A stretch of DNA of 64,000 nt from Lama glama (lineage: Eukaryota), in assembly GCA_028534125.1 (NCBI GenBank), contig CM052816.1, positions 12,526,001 through 12,590,000 on the forward strand, in the 5' to 3' direction. The position numbers were made by a program, and so were the translations under genes. The notes below the pieces were generated by a model. The model saw only the letters and a program-made list of their open reading frames with translations, was not told the DNA's origin and did no database searches. Position 1 is the first letter of the stretch, and every line of letters starts with the position of its first letter. This document shows, one piece after another, positions 26,112 to 39,196 of the stretch.

Positions 26112-26385
26112 GGAGATCTAAAATACAACATAGAGATTAGAGTCAACAATGTTGTATTATGAACTTCAACGTTGCTAAGAGGCTTAATTGCTCTCAGTAC
26201 AAAAAAAGAAATGACAATTACATGACATAATAAAGGTGTTAGCTGACCCTACTTGTAGTCGTCATAGCACAATATAGAAATGTATCAAATGAATAAGTTA
26301 CACAACTCAAACTTACATGATGTTGTATGTCCATTATACCACAACAAATAAAATATGTCAATTATATCACAATAAATAAAATAGA
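26112..26385 (+). mobile_element. L1/HAL1-type 3' end with duplicated terminus
   Basis: GGAGATCTAA..TACAACAT...GTTGCTAAGAG...AAATGTATCAAAT...AACTTACA...TATGTCAATTATATCACAATAAA. Confidence 0.72.
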
Positions 26386-28689
26386 AATTTTCACAAGACT
26401 CTTAATAGTCTAGATTACAAAATTAGAAATAGTCCAGATTGTAACTGAAAAATAAAGGAATGATTGGAGATGAAGATGAGATCTTGATCTCAGCCAGATA
26501 CTGTAAACTTAAGAATGTCAACCAGAAGCCATCAAAGGCAGTCCATGCTTAATTCCATTCCTTTGATCATTCTGCTCCCTTAGCTCTGAGAACCATTTCT
26601 TCTCCACTTTGCTAACATACATACTGCTACTCTCTGGTTTGAGACTTAACACCTTTCCTCTCTAAAAAAGTCTTCATTGACCACCCCAGCTATGTTCTGA
26701 ATCATTTTAATATCCTATATTGTCCTTGTAATCCACATTAAAAATAATTTTGAACCAACATGATTATAAATGAATTCATAAAATCCCTTTTAAACCATGG
26801 TGGCTCTGTCTAAACAGATAGATGATTGTTTGGCTTGAGGTCAGAGCTCAAGGGAAGCTGAATGCCGTAAGTCAAGCACTTCACAGATGATTTCCAGGGA
26901 CATTAGATGAAATTATTGAAGGTGAAAACTAACTCTTCTGGACAGGCATTATGAGAAAATAAAAGCAGAACTTTTCTGGAAGCAAATGTCTCGGTAACGT
27001 TACATGGCCAAAAGAGAAGATTTGGTGTCTGTTTATAAAGCACATCATTAATGAATGCTGGTAAGAAAAGATCTTATTGATACAAAAGAGCAAGAGAGCT
27101 TTAAAAAATAAGTTATTATGGAAACTGCTTTTCTGTGGACATATACTAGTTTAGTAATTGAGCTGCATTCAGGCACACTGACTCAATGACAAACATATTT
27201 AGGATGGATAAAGTAAAGAATATTTATGATTATAAAAGGAAATTTTCAGTACAAATAATAATAATAAGCTTAATGGATCTATTTTAGTATAATTCGTCCA
27301 ATTCAACCCACGCAGAAAATGTTCCCAATAAAGAAATACATGGTAAAGATTTTTATTATTTGATTTTATATGCTTAATAAATGTTCATTAAAAGTATCCA
27401 TTCAGATTTTCTTTTCATTTTATTTATTTTTTGATAGCTCTCTTAATTTTGTGGTTTAAAATGCATTTAGAGAATTTATAATACATTGCCAATTGGAAAT
27501 AGTGCTCAGTATTGAAGATATATTAATACGTCACCATAATCTGGTAACCAGTTAGGTCTTAACAAAGAGGTTGCCTCTATCTTATCTGATCCTCATTGAA
27601 ACATGTATTATTACCCTCAAGTTACAGAGACTGACACTCAAGGTAGCTAAGTGGACTTTTCCTTTCCTAAGACCGTTGGCTCAAGAACATAATGTCAAGG
27701 AGAAAAGTACTGGATACAATCAGTAGAGGGAATGTGTGTGAGGCAGCGCCCAGATCTGGATAATAGGTGTCCCTCTTCTATCAGACGGTGCTTCCTAGGC
27801 AGACAGAGGAAAGGTGATGTGAGAAAAGTGATAACTAATATCTAGAGACAGGAAAAAAGTATTAATGACAGGCACCTCATAGCATTAAAACTCAGTCATC
27901 TTAAATCTTTAGCAGACAGGCACTGGAGCTGATCCCTGAGATGTGCTTTCATGGGATGTGGGGACATTGGATATCCTAGGGTGAAATGCAGTAGGATGCA
28001 GGTTCTGGCACATTCAACTTCCCACAGGAAGCTGGAGGAAGGGATTAGCAATAAATGAAAAACATCTTCATCTTCTATGGCACCCTGATGTACTATCATC
28101 GTTAATTTTTTAAAGCAACCAGTAGTAATGACATTAATAAAGGTGGAAAAAAAGCATCAATGAAATGCATTTTCAAAGACTCCATTTTCAAGCTGCCCAC
28201 ATAACCAAGGACACTCTCTAAAGACATAATGTGACTCACTGCAGAACTAAAGGAGAAATTAATTATCTGATTTATTGACTACTTTAAAGACATTCCTTTT
28301 TCCTTCACCTAGATTCAAGGGCAGACATCAAATATGTTCAAATCTGAACCACATGACATATCCACAAACCGCCAGTGTCCCCCAGACATCTGAGAACCAA
28401 ATCAGGCATTACTGGCACCACCATGTCACACAATGCTCCCCAGATTTTCAAGCCATGTTCTCACTTCCGGGCCACTGGGAATTCACATCGACCTGATGAA
28501 CCCTATATAGTCAGTTTTTGCTACTACCTCCACTTGCAAATTTGTAAATGGGGTTTAACAAATTTAAGTAATGTTTCTAACTTTTGACAACTAGGAATTG
28601 GCACCACTGGAATTTAAAGCACACTTTTCAATCTCCAAGACCAGTATTCTTTATCAAAAGAAATGTTTGTGAGAGTCTAATTCAAAGAT

Positions 28690-28857
28690 CACTTGCAAAG
28701 GATCACTAGGGATAGCCCTTAGAAGTGTAAATCCTGAAGCCCCACCCCAGGCTGCCTGTGCCAGCATTTGCAGGATAAGGAGCTATTCATCTGTGCCTTC
28801 ACTAAGTCCCTAGAGTGACTGCACATGAGACAAATGAAAGAATTACCGCTCTAGATC
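28690..28857. mobile_element. MER5-like hAT MITE remnant
   Basis: ATCACTAGGG...AAATCCTGAAGCCCCACCCCAG...AAGTCCCTAGAGTGA...GAAAGAATTACCGCTCTAGA. Confidence 0.55.
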
Positions 28858-28934
28858 TTCATATGGTGCTTCTGCCTTAAGAGAATCAAAGACTGTTAAA
28901 GTACAACCTTGAGAGGTGATCTAGCAATTGAAAA

Positions 28935-29610
28935 GCATAGAATCTGACACCGGGCTGCATGGACTGGAATCCTGGCTCTGCAACTCAGGAGTTGTTAACT
29001 TTGGGCAGATGACCTACTATCTCTGTTGCCTTAGTTTTCTCATCTGTAAAATGGAGTTGCTGTATGTTGTGGTGGTCACAAGAATACACAGACTTCTAGC
29101 CACAGCAAGTACAACTGATCCGCTGACCCAGGGCCCTGGCTCCTGTGCTCTGAAACCACAGCAGCATTTGCACCTGTGCCCCGCCTCACACAGGCTTCTC
29201 CTCGCCAGTTACAGCATGTAGGAAGGACATTAAGGCAGGCCTGGTTCTGAAGACATAAGACTTCTGAATGGCTCATTCTGACTCAAGGATTCCCTGCTGG
29301 TCATGCGGAGCTCTCCCCAAGCTGATGGCAATCTCAGCAGGTCCTTCCATCTAAAGTTCCCTCCCTCTCACTTTCACTTGAAGCAAAGCTTACATCAAAA
29401 CCTGGCAGCCCTTCCAGCCTCTTCCAGCTCACCCCCATTTTCCCTCACAGGCATTCCCCCTACAAAATGCCTGACTGTTTAATCCTGCCTTGGCATTTGC
29501 TTCTGGAAGAACTTAGACTAATATGTCAGGATAAAGTGTGGTAAATCAGAAAACGTATTTAGAATCATACCTGATACATCAGGAGTGCTCAGTGTCTGAT
29601 GTAATTTTGT
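28935..29610 (+). mobile_element. MIR SINE split by an LTR
   Basis: MIR core TTGGGCAGATGACC..CTCTGTTGCCTTAGTTTTCTCATCTGTAAAATGG at about 29001-29055; MIR tail TTTAGAATCATACCTGATACATCAGGAGTGCTCAG resumes at about 29558. Confidence 0.65.
29068..29523 (+). mobile_element. ERVL-type LTR (LTR16 group) nested in MIR
   Basis: Ends CCCTCACAGGCATTCCCCCTACAAAATGCCTG...TTAATCCTGCCTTGGCATTTGCTTCTGGAAGAACTTAGACTAATA, typical of ERVL LTR 3' ends. Confidence 0.6.
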
Positions 29611-31535
29611 CATTACTCTTACTATTGCTATTACAACCATCATTATCACAATCATCAAGGAAAGTAGATCTTTTTCCTCACCAACCACACTAAGCAACTC
29701 ACCATGACACCAATAATTTGATTCCGGGGAACTCAACCTATATAAAAGGACTTTGCAGATATCATTAAAATTAAGAATAGAAAAAGAGGCATAATTCTTC
29801 CCTGTAAATCTATATTTTAGGGTTAAAATTAAATGACAAACTCTAAAGCACAATGCAGATGTCGCTTAGTTATAAGATCTGTCTCCCCACCCCCAACTCT
29901 CATCCTTAAGAGACAATGCCTTGCCCATCTTCACAACCCCAGCATCTCTCACAGTCGCGAGATCATGGTGAGTGTTCATCGCTATTCATTGAATTGAATT
30001 GTTAAATTGTGCAGGTCAATCTAAATCTAATGCTTGCAGTGGAAAAGATAGAAAACACTATTATTTAAGTGATTTATCTTCCAACACAAATCTTAGAGCC
30101 ATCTGAAATTAGACATACACTTTTATAAATTAAATCCAACCAGATCAGTTCCCAAAAATGATAGCGAAAATGACAATGATGTCTGGGCTAGAAAATCTCT
30201 AGGCCAATCCAGATCTATTGACGCACCTAAAACTCATTAAATTGGGGATAAAATCTAAACACAAAGAAATTTTTATTGGGAGGAAGAAAAGAAGACAGCC
30301 TCACTCATATACTTGTGATATACGTGATGTTTGACTATGATCTCAAACAAAGCAGCCAGAAACATACAGAAATAAAGTGGTCTAGAAATAACAACACAAA
30401 ACAAAATCCCCAAACCTCCAGGTTTCATATCAAATGAGGCCTGACAATTGGCAATGATTCAAAACAAAATCAGTCACATTTCTGTCCAAAGGATCAAGTG
30501 ATGGTGCCAGTGATGTAAATTCTTTGTCAGAATAAAATAGTCATTTATTACCACCATTAGCAGATGGTTTGAAGGGGCAAAAAAAGACTAGTATGACTGT
30601 CACTACAATCATCTGCTTTGCACTCAGGCCTCTGGTTGAAAGACAAAAATGCTTTGCATCTAAATATTGTTCTATCTGGTATTCTGAGTTTTGAAGGAAT
30701 GGGCAAAAACTTACAAAGGGATTGGTCCTTTAATAAAGGTTGGTGCCATCAGATCATCAGAATACCAACTACAAAATACTGTCATTGGAAATCATAGCCC
30801 TATGTTCGCAAAACATCAATATAGAATGCAATTTTTGAGTTAAAATATAAAAGCTTCATTCATACTCCAGTAGTTTTACATTTGTGGGGCTCCTGGTAGC
30901 ACGTGGGAACATATACATCATGAAAGTGTTGGGGTAAACCCCAGTGAAAAGTTCACGGTGTATTTGTGCTGTGCTCAGAAAAACAAAAAGTCACTGCATT
31001 CCAAAGTACATATTTGAAGGGTATAAATCAAGGCCCTGTGGCTCTACAAAAGCCACAGATAGGAGGGGAAGGGCTGCAACATGAGGCTGCCAAAGGGCAA
31101 ATGGGAAGCATAGGAGAAGAGGATGGAGGAGAGAACAATGAGAAAGCTGTGAGCAAAAGTTTCGCTCTGAGATGCTTGCAGACAGTTAAAGATGGCTATG
31201 CCAACTGCTCTACCTGTCAGACTGTGACGGAAACCTTAAAGCATTTGTTTCCTTATCTTTCTTCTTATTCCAAAGATGTTGAGGACTAATTTGAGGCTCT
31301 CAGATTTTCTCAAGTGCCGAACAGTCACCCTGCTGTTTGCAATAACCTGAGAGAGTTTTCTAAATCTCTGATCTCATTCGTGGTTCTCAGGAAATGTTTC
31401 TTTTGCGACAGAGCTGCGGCAGCAGTCACGTGTGACTCCTGTAGAGACGTTCTTCGCATCATCCTACAAACAACTTTCCCTCTGATGAACAGAGACTCTG
31501 TCTTTGTGAAGTAGTTTTGTCTCCAAACGTCTTAC

Positions 31536-31673
31536 CTTCGTGCCTCTGTTGGCAGTTGAACATGGTGGTTCATGCGAGGTGTTTCTGTGATGGCAATATT
31601 TCAGATAACCCCTCAGGGATTCTGGTCCTGACATTCATCCCTGAACCCTGAGCAAACCGGTTTATGGTGAGGG
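31536..31673 (-). other. Probable spliced exon (138 nt; 5'UTR or start-codon exon) of an unidentified minus-strand gene
   Basis: Minus strand reads ctcatctctccccttctgtag|CCCTCACC...CACGAAG|gtaagacg: strong polypyrimidine acceptor and consensus donor in non-repetitive, CpG-retaining sequence; all three frames contain a stop; three ATGs, including ACCATG. Confidence 0.65.
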
Positions 31674-33694
31674 CTACAGAAGGGGAGAGATGAGCATTCA
31701 TAACTTTAGAAATGCCTACTCTCTTCCCCTTCCAAATTCTTTTCTTCAACCAGTGTTCTGCTTTTAATTCTTAGTGATTTTTTTCCTTAGCTATAAAGAT
31801 GTTGACATTAAAAAGTATTTCTGATATATTTTTTAACTCGAAAAGCAATTTTTTAACTTGAAATCTGTTACTTTTAACAGAAATAACAAAATATAGCAGG
31901 TAGCAATTAGTAAAAATAATAATAATAATAATAAAGCATGGTTTGTTTTTTGTATATGCCTTTCAGTATTCCTGGAGAATGGCATCTACTATACATGTCA
32001 GTGCTAAAATCAGTGACTACAAAAACTCAGCATAATTCATGTACTCCCCTGCATTCAAGAGAATTGTTACTGTTAGTTTTTGAAAACCAGCCTTTGAGCT
32101 TTCCTTCTCATACAAAATGACTTTCTAAACCACACTGTGAGGTAGCAAAGGTTTCTTTTCATAGTTTTCCTTCCCTCTTTCAACATCGCCTACAGAGTGG
32201 ATAGCTCTTGTTTTGCCTTTATTAGAATCAATGCCTTCTTCTTATGTTCATGGGACCTCAAATTTCCTGGGGGATCTGCTCTTTTCTCACTTGTAGTCTG
32301 TGCTCTATCAGAAGTTAAGTCTACTTCCTAGGCTTAGACAACCAGAATAATGGTCACTGATTCAAAGATGGGAATAAAATTCAATCAGGGCAATCAAAGT
32401 GAACCTCCAACTTTCAATTACAATTTTGAAAAAGATCCTAGATTTGCTGGAGTTATTTTGAGCAAAAATGGTAAGTCTGAAGTACCTAGTGACCTATTAC
32501 TTGCCATATTATGGGAAGAATGTGCCAAGAATGACACCATTTTCTGGATGAATTGACCATTTTTTATCAAGGAGAAGGAAGTAAATAATAAAAAGAAAAT
32601 GGAAAAACAGAAAACAGAAAAATCAGTAAAACCAAAAGCAGCTTCTTTGAAGTGATCAACAAAATTGGTAAACTTCTGTCCAGATTAACAAAGAAAAAAA
32701 CACAAGTTATCAATATTAGAATATCTCACTAAAGATTCCACAGATATTAAAATAATTATAGGGAGAAGAAAGAGATGATTTGAATAGTTCTACATCTACT
32801 TTAGAACTTTAATTCCTAACTTAAAACTAACAAAGAGAACTCTAGGCCCAGATGGTTTCACTGGTGAATGTTATCAATCAGTAAGAAAAGAGTAATAATA
32901 ACAATTCCTTACAATCTCTTCTAAAAAGTAGAAAACTCATTTTATGATGCCAGCAGTACTCTAATAACAAAACCAGAGAAGGACAATATTTAAGAAGTGA
33001 AAACTACAGACCAATATACTTCATAAACCTAGACATTAAAGTCCTCAAGAAAATATTAGAAGTCAAATCCAGCAATATACAAAAAGAAACATAGACTATG
33101 ACAAAGTAAAGTTTATCTCAGAAAAAGGCAAGGATGGCTCGTTATGAGAAAATAACTCAGTGTAATCCATCATAATAATAGACTAAAAATGAAAATGACA
33201 TCAATCATGCCATCAGATACTGGAAACATTTTTGACAGAATTCAATATTAATTCACAGCAAAAACTCTAAGCAAACTAGAAATAAAAGGGATCCATACCC
33301 TGATTAAAGATCTCTATAAAAACATGCAGCTAACATCATAATTAATGATCAAACAATTAATGCTTTCCCCTTAAAATGGAGGTCAAGGAAAGGATATTCA
33401 CTTTCAAGATATCTATCCAGCACTGTATAAAAGCCCTAGTCATTGAAATAGGGCATTATTTTAAAGAAATACAATACATACATTAAAAAAAAAAAAAAAA
33501 GAAAGAAAGCTGTCTCTACTCACAGGCAACATCAGTCTATATGGAAAATTCCAAGGCATCTACAAAAGGCTCATAGCCCCATTAAGGGAGTTCAACATGG
33601 ATGTAGGATTCAAGTTCAATAAATTAAAATAAATCATATTTCTTTACAGTAAACAATGAACAACTGAAAACCAAAATCTAAACAAGACATTTCA

Positions 33695-34139
33695 AAAGTT
33701 CTGAATACACATTTTTCCAAAGAAGTCGCAGACATGGCCAATAGGTACATGAAAAGATGCATCAGTCGTCATCAGTGAAATGCAAATCAAAACCACAAAA
33801 AGACATCACCTCATGCCTGTCAGAATGGCTATTATCAAAAATACAATAAATAATAAATGTTGGTGAGAATGCGAAGAAAAAGGAACACTTGTGTGTTGTG
33901 GGTGGGAATGTAAATTGGTGTAGCCACTGTGGAAAGCAGTATGAAAGTCCCTAAAAAAATTAAAAATAGAACTACCATATGATTCAGCAGTTCTGCTTCT
34001 GTATACTTATCCAAGGAAAACAAAAACACTAACTCAAAAAGATAAATGCACTCCCATGTTCACTGCAGAATTATTTATAATAGCCAAGATATGGAAGCAG
34101 CCTAAGTTTACAGATGGATAAATAGATAAGGAAGATGTG

Positions 34140-34187
<48 letters not shown>

Positions 34188-34400
34188 GAATCCTACTCAG
34201 CCATAGAAAATAAAATAGTGCCATTTGTGACAACATGGATGGACCTTGAGGGCATTATGCTAAGTGAAATAAGTCAGATAGAAAAAGACAAATACCATAT
34301 GATTTCTCTAATACATGGACTCTATTTTTAAAAAACCCTCATAGATTCAGAGGATAAACTAGTGGTTTCTAGAAGCAAGGGGCAGGGAGGGTAGAAGATA
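33695..34400 (+). mobile_element. Younger L1 (L1MA9-like) 3' fragment nested in the older L1
   Basis: GAAATGCAAATCAAAACCACAA, GCCACTGTGGAAAGCAGTATG, and ORF 34137 PFVTTWMDLEGIMLSEISQ; duplicates an ORF2 segment also present downstream in the host. Confidence 0.82.
34142..34184. repeat. (CA)n microsatellite
   Basis: About 21 perfect CA units. Confidence 0.95.
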
Positions 34401-34532
34401 CAGATCAAAAGATTTTTTTAAAAATGATGTTCATAAATGCTCGTAAGGAAACTGCTAGAACTTAAACTTTGTCTATTGATATCGTAATAGTCATACTTAC
34501 AGGTATTATGTACATAAATTGGGCATGCTTTA

Positions 34533-34692
34533 AAAGAAAGAAAGGAAAGAAAGAAGGAAGGAAAAGAAGGAAGGAAGGGAGGGAGGAAGGGAGGGAAGAA
34601 GGGAGGGAGGGAGTGAGGGAGGGAGGAAGGTAAGCAAACAGTCAGGCAAGCTTGTCAGATAATTTTCAAAAAAAAGAAAAAAGAAAAAGAAA
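34533..34692. repeat. GGAA/GGGA/A-rich low-complexity tract
   Basis: Directly visible. Confidence 0.85.
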
Positions 34693-37249
34693 GCCAAAAA
34701 CTCCATAAAATGCTCCAAGAAATGAAATACTCAGGGAATAAAATATATGCTACATCTGTTGCTGAAAACTTCAAAACACAGATGTAAGAAAGTAAAAAAG
34801 AATGCAATTAAGTAAAGGATACATCACGTGTGTTGATTGGAAACCTCAATATTTCAAGAGTTTAATTTCCTAAAATTGATCTATAAATATAACGCAATTG
34901 CAGTAAAAATTCTAGGATTTTTGCTGCTGTTGTTAGAGATATTGACAAAGTGATTCTAAATTTTAATGAAATGCAAAGTAACTCAAATAGCCAAAACAAT
35001 TTTGAAAAATAAGAACAAAGTTAGAGGATTCATTTCATTTTTTAAATACTTATTATAAAGCCACAATAAACAAGACAGTGTGGTATTGATGAAAGGACAG
35101 TTAAATAGGTCAATGAAACAGGATACAGACTTCAGAAATAGACAATAGACAATAGAAACTGGTTTTTGATAACAATGTAAAAGCAAGTCAACAGAGAAAG
35201 AACAGCCTTTTCAATGAATGGTGCTAGACAAGGGAACATCCATAAGAAAATAATAATGATAATAATAATCTCTATTTATAGTTCATATGTAAATAAAAAT
35301 TAACTCCAATGGATCCTACACTTAAAAGGAAAACATAAAACTGTTAAATTTAGAAGACAACATAGGAGATATTTGAAACCTTGGCTTAAACAGTTATTAG
35401 ATATATCAAATCACAACCCATAAAATTAAATTAAAAATGGACACATTTGACTTTATCAAAATTAAAAACATTTGCAAAAATCTTCTGCCCGCCCCCCCAC
35501 AAAAAAAACCCCAGCAAATGAAAAGACTAACTACATACTGGGGAAAAAATAGCCACAAATCACATGTCCAACAAAGCACTTGTATCCTGAATACACATAT
35601 GTCTCTCAAAACTCAACAGAAAGGCAACAAATAACCCAATTAAAAACTACATAAAAAGGTTAACAAATATTTCCCCAAAGAAGATACACAAATGAAAAAT
35701 AAGCACATGAAAGGATGCTTAACCTCCTTAGTCATAATGTAAACACAAGTTAAAAACATGAGATACCACTGCAAATCTGCTAAAATGGTTGAAATCTAAA
35801 CACTAACAATGACAGGTACTGGCAAAGTTGTAGATCACTGGATCTCCTCCGGTGAAATTGCAAAATGGTACAATCACACTGGTGGACAGTTTAGCAATGT
35901 CTTCTTATGTTAAATATATGCATAAACTCAGCAATTCCTGCTTACGGTTGTTTAATCGTCCACTTCTAATTATTTACCCTAGAGGAACATCAATCCTGTG
36001 TTCATCGAAAAACTTGTAAACAAGTGTTGATAGCAGCATTATTTTTATTCACCACAAGTTAGAAACAACCCAACTATCCTTTGGTGGGTGAACAGATAAA
36101 CAAAAGGGGTATAGTCATACAATGGAATGACATTCAGAAATAAAAAGGAATGGATTTCTATTATACTCAACAATATGAGTGAATCAAACATATTACATAA
36201 ATGAAAGCAGACAGGCTTAAAAGATTAAATACTTTATGCTTCCATTTATATGAAATCTTGGAAACAGCACGACCATTTCAGAGGTTAAAAAGCTGCCAGA
36301 GTGATGGAGGTAGGATATGACTGCAAAGGGGCAACACATAATTTTTTGGAGTAATGGAACCATTCGATATCTTGCTTACATTGGTGAATTTGTCAAAATT
36401 CACAGAACTGTGTACTGAAAAGGAAAAAAAAAGTGAATTTTACCATATGTAAATTTTGAAAAGTAAAATGTTTAAAAATCTGTTTTGTAATGCTGGCCCT
36501 GCCACTACCTTGCTAATTGGTTTTGGATACTTACATCACCTCTCTGAGATGCTATTTCTCAAAGGAACAGGATACTGGTCTAACTTCTTTTCCAAGCTCA
36601 GCTGTCTGTAATTAAAGTTATACAGTGCAACTACCTGCCTATGCTCTGACTAAGCTTAGCGTGCACTCTACGAAAGGAAGTCACTCTGCAGCCATTCTGA
36701 GGTTTCTTCCCTCAGCAAAGACTCCACTCTGCCCAAAGGAGCACTGACATCGCAGTCGTCATCATCATCCACAGCTATCTACACTGCCTGAACTCACCAA
36801 ATAATTCAGTGCTTCCAGACTACGCAGCCCACACCAATAACACAAAGAACTCTACAATTGCAAATTATTACTTCTGCCCTACAGCAAACTTTCCAAAGAG
36901 AAATAAAACACTTAGGGGGAAAGTATATAGTGAGTTTTTCACCCTCAGGAAAGAATATAGAATCTATGGATATACATCAACACTGAATAAATAATATTAA
37001 CTCCATCACTCAGCTCTGCTTCAGACCCTGTCGTCTGCACTGTGGATAAAACACAGGATATGACTGTCATCGTGATGCAATTTCTGCAATATTGTTATTG
37101 TTTAATTATACCCATTATGGAGCAGAGTTCAAGAGGAAGCAAGAGCTCTCCTTCCAGGAAACCAAAACCTACTAATCAAAAACAAGTGTCTCCAGGTTTC
37201 TGCCAGATACAGAGGGCTAAGAGAAAGGGCAAATACCTTGAAAAATTAG

Positions 37250-37700
37250 GATCACAGTAATTCCATTTCTAAGTATTTGTCCTAAATAAAACACACGCAA
37301 AAATATTCCCTGCAGCATTATTTATAATAGTGGAAAATTTTAAGTAATCTAAAGATCTACCATTAAGAGATTGGCTAGATAAACTGTGAAATAATCATAT
37401 GATACAATGCTACAAGTAAATAAATGAATTAAAGATATACACATCAAAATTGATAACCCCCTAAAAAATACTGAGACAAAACCATACTGAAGAATGATAT
37501 CATTTCCTTTTTTAAAAACACATAACACAATTGTTCTATATCATCTATAGATATATATTAGAAATTTTGTGAAGAGCACACACCAAATTCATAACAAAGG
37601 CTGACTCTCAGGAGCAGAGGTAGGTACTGAGTCTAAAACAAAAGAGCCTTTAAGAAAAAAACGTATTCATGTATTATTTGTATAATTAAAGATTACTTCT
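37250..37700 (+). mobile_element. Ancient L1ME 3' fragment
   Basis: CAGTAATTCCATTTCTAAGTATTTGTCCTAA...TGCAGCATTATTTATAATAGTGGAAAA...ATTCATGTATTATTTGTATAATTAAA. Confidence 0.65.
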
Positions 37701-39196
37701 AAACAAAGGATGCAATGAACAGTACCAAAGAGAGCTATTTCATCAGGAAATTTTCCCAGGGCCACTTAATAAGATCCTGAAGATATATCACCTAGAGAAA
37801 CAATGTCAAAGGATGGAACACTCTGCCTTGCAAGAAAGGCTTTTTTTGTGGCCCAGGCTATTTTTGAATTAATCTGGGAGCTGCAATTCAGGAATCAGTT
37901 CTTCAGAAATCACACAGTCCTGAAATGATCTCAAACATTAAATTTTCAAGTCTTTCGAGCAGATCTTTATTTAATTTCACTCCCACCACCCACCCTACTC
38001 CCAGCCTACATCCTTCACCACCTGATGGCCCCAAAGCACAGACTGACACATATTTATTTTTAAATTTGGAGTGAATTAAAACTCACTTTATTTGAGAATC
38101 CCGTGACACCCTTTGGGATAATTAGAAGGACCCTGTGGTGTCACAAAAGCAGAACTGGGAAAGCACTGGCTTGTATTGTTGCCATGGGAATCTGCCTCCT
38201 ATAACAATGCAGTTCTACAGAAAGCAGGAGAAAGAGGAGAAATCGCAGAAGAGCTGTAAATAGGGCAAGACGGAGTCACAAAGTGAGTAATACTCATGGG
38301 TCAGAAGCTTTGCCTCCCCTTGCCTGTCTAGGCAACATGACACGTAAGCAATAAAGACAAAGAATCTGCATTGGTTATCAGGATATAATGAGTCCACTCT
38401 GCTCAGATCCATTTTGAGGAATTACATGCAAATGGAGGACGAGTGACTGGGAGGTGGGACTGTCTTCTCTGAAGCTGTCCAGACCTGGTCACTGACCAAC
38501 TGTGTGATTACAACGCAGGGGGCCTGGAGCACTGCTTTCCTCTCTGCTGGTAAGAGCATCAGCCCCTCCACGGAGGTATATTATGTTTCCCAATTTTAAT
38601 TTTAGCATCTACACTTTGGCAATTTGCATTTAAATGTGTTGTCAGAGAACTTCCAGAAATCTTTAATAGGAAGACCGATTTGCATTTTAATATGCTGTTA
38701 AAGAATTTCAAAATATCTTTTTTTAGTGTGAATACATATTACCAGAGGAATGACCACAGTTAAAGAAATTATAATGACCTGGGTACCATTTAAACAGAGC
38801 TGGCTTTCAGAAGCACTGTGGCTTTGTTGGACTTTGTTAAGAGTTCCTTGTAAAACAGAAAGTCCTAAAGAAAAAAGAAACCTTCTAATCTATGAGGCTT
38901 TAAAGGTAGAATTGATACCTTCAAAGGTATAGGAATCCAAGTAGAAAAGTGAGTACACAAGGGTTGAGGTAGATTAGTTAAAAGGAAGACCATCTGAAAA
39001 AAGAAAGAGGAAGATGGCATTTTCCCTGCTGTCCCTTGACAACACTCCATTCCACCTTTCCTTCTCTGTTGAAGTTCAAAGGCCAAATCCAGACAGGTTG
39101 AGTCCTGACAACATGTCGACTGAATGTGTCTGCCCACTCGTCTCGTTTGATACTTCACAAGAGTAATCAGGATCCTGAATGGACACTTCAGTTTTT

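Larger units (their letters stand above)
32560..36478 (+). mobile_element. Old L1M LINE-1 ORF2 and 3' UTR remnant, interrupted at about 33695-34692
   Basis: GGCCCAGATGGTTTCACTGGTGAAT, AAACTACAGACCAATAT, ATAGCCAAAACAATTTTGAAAAATAAGAACAAAGTTAGAGGA; ORF 35437 DFIKIKNIC; many stops and frameshifts. Confidence 0.88.
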
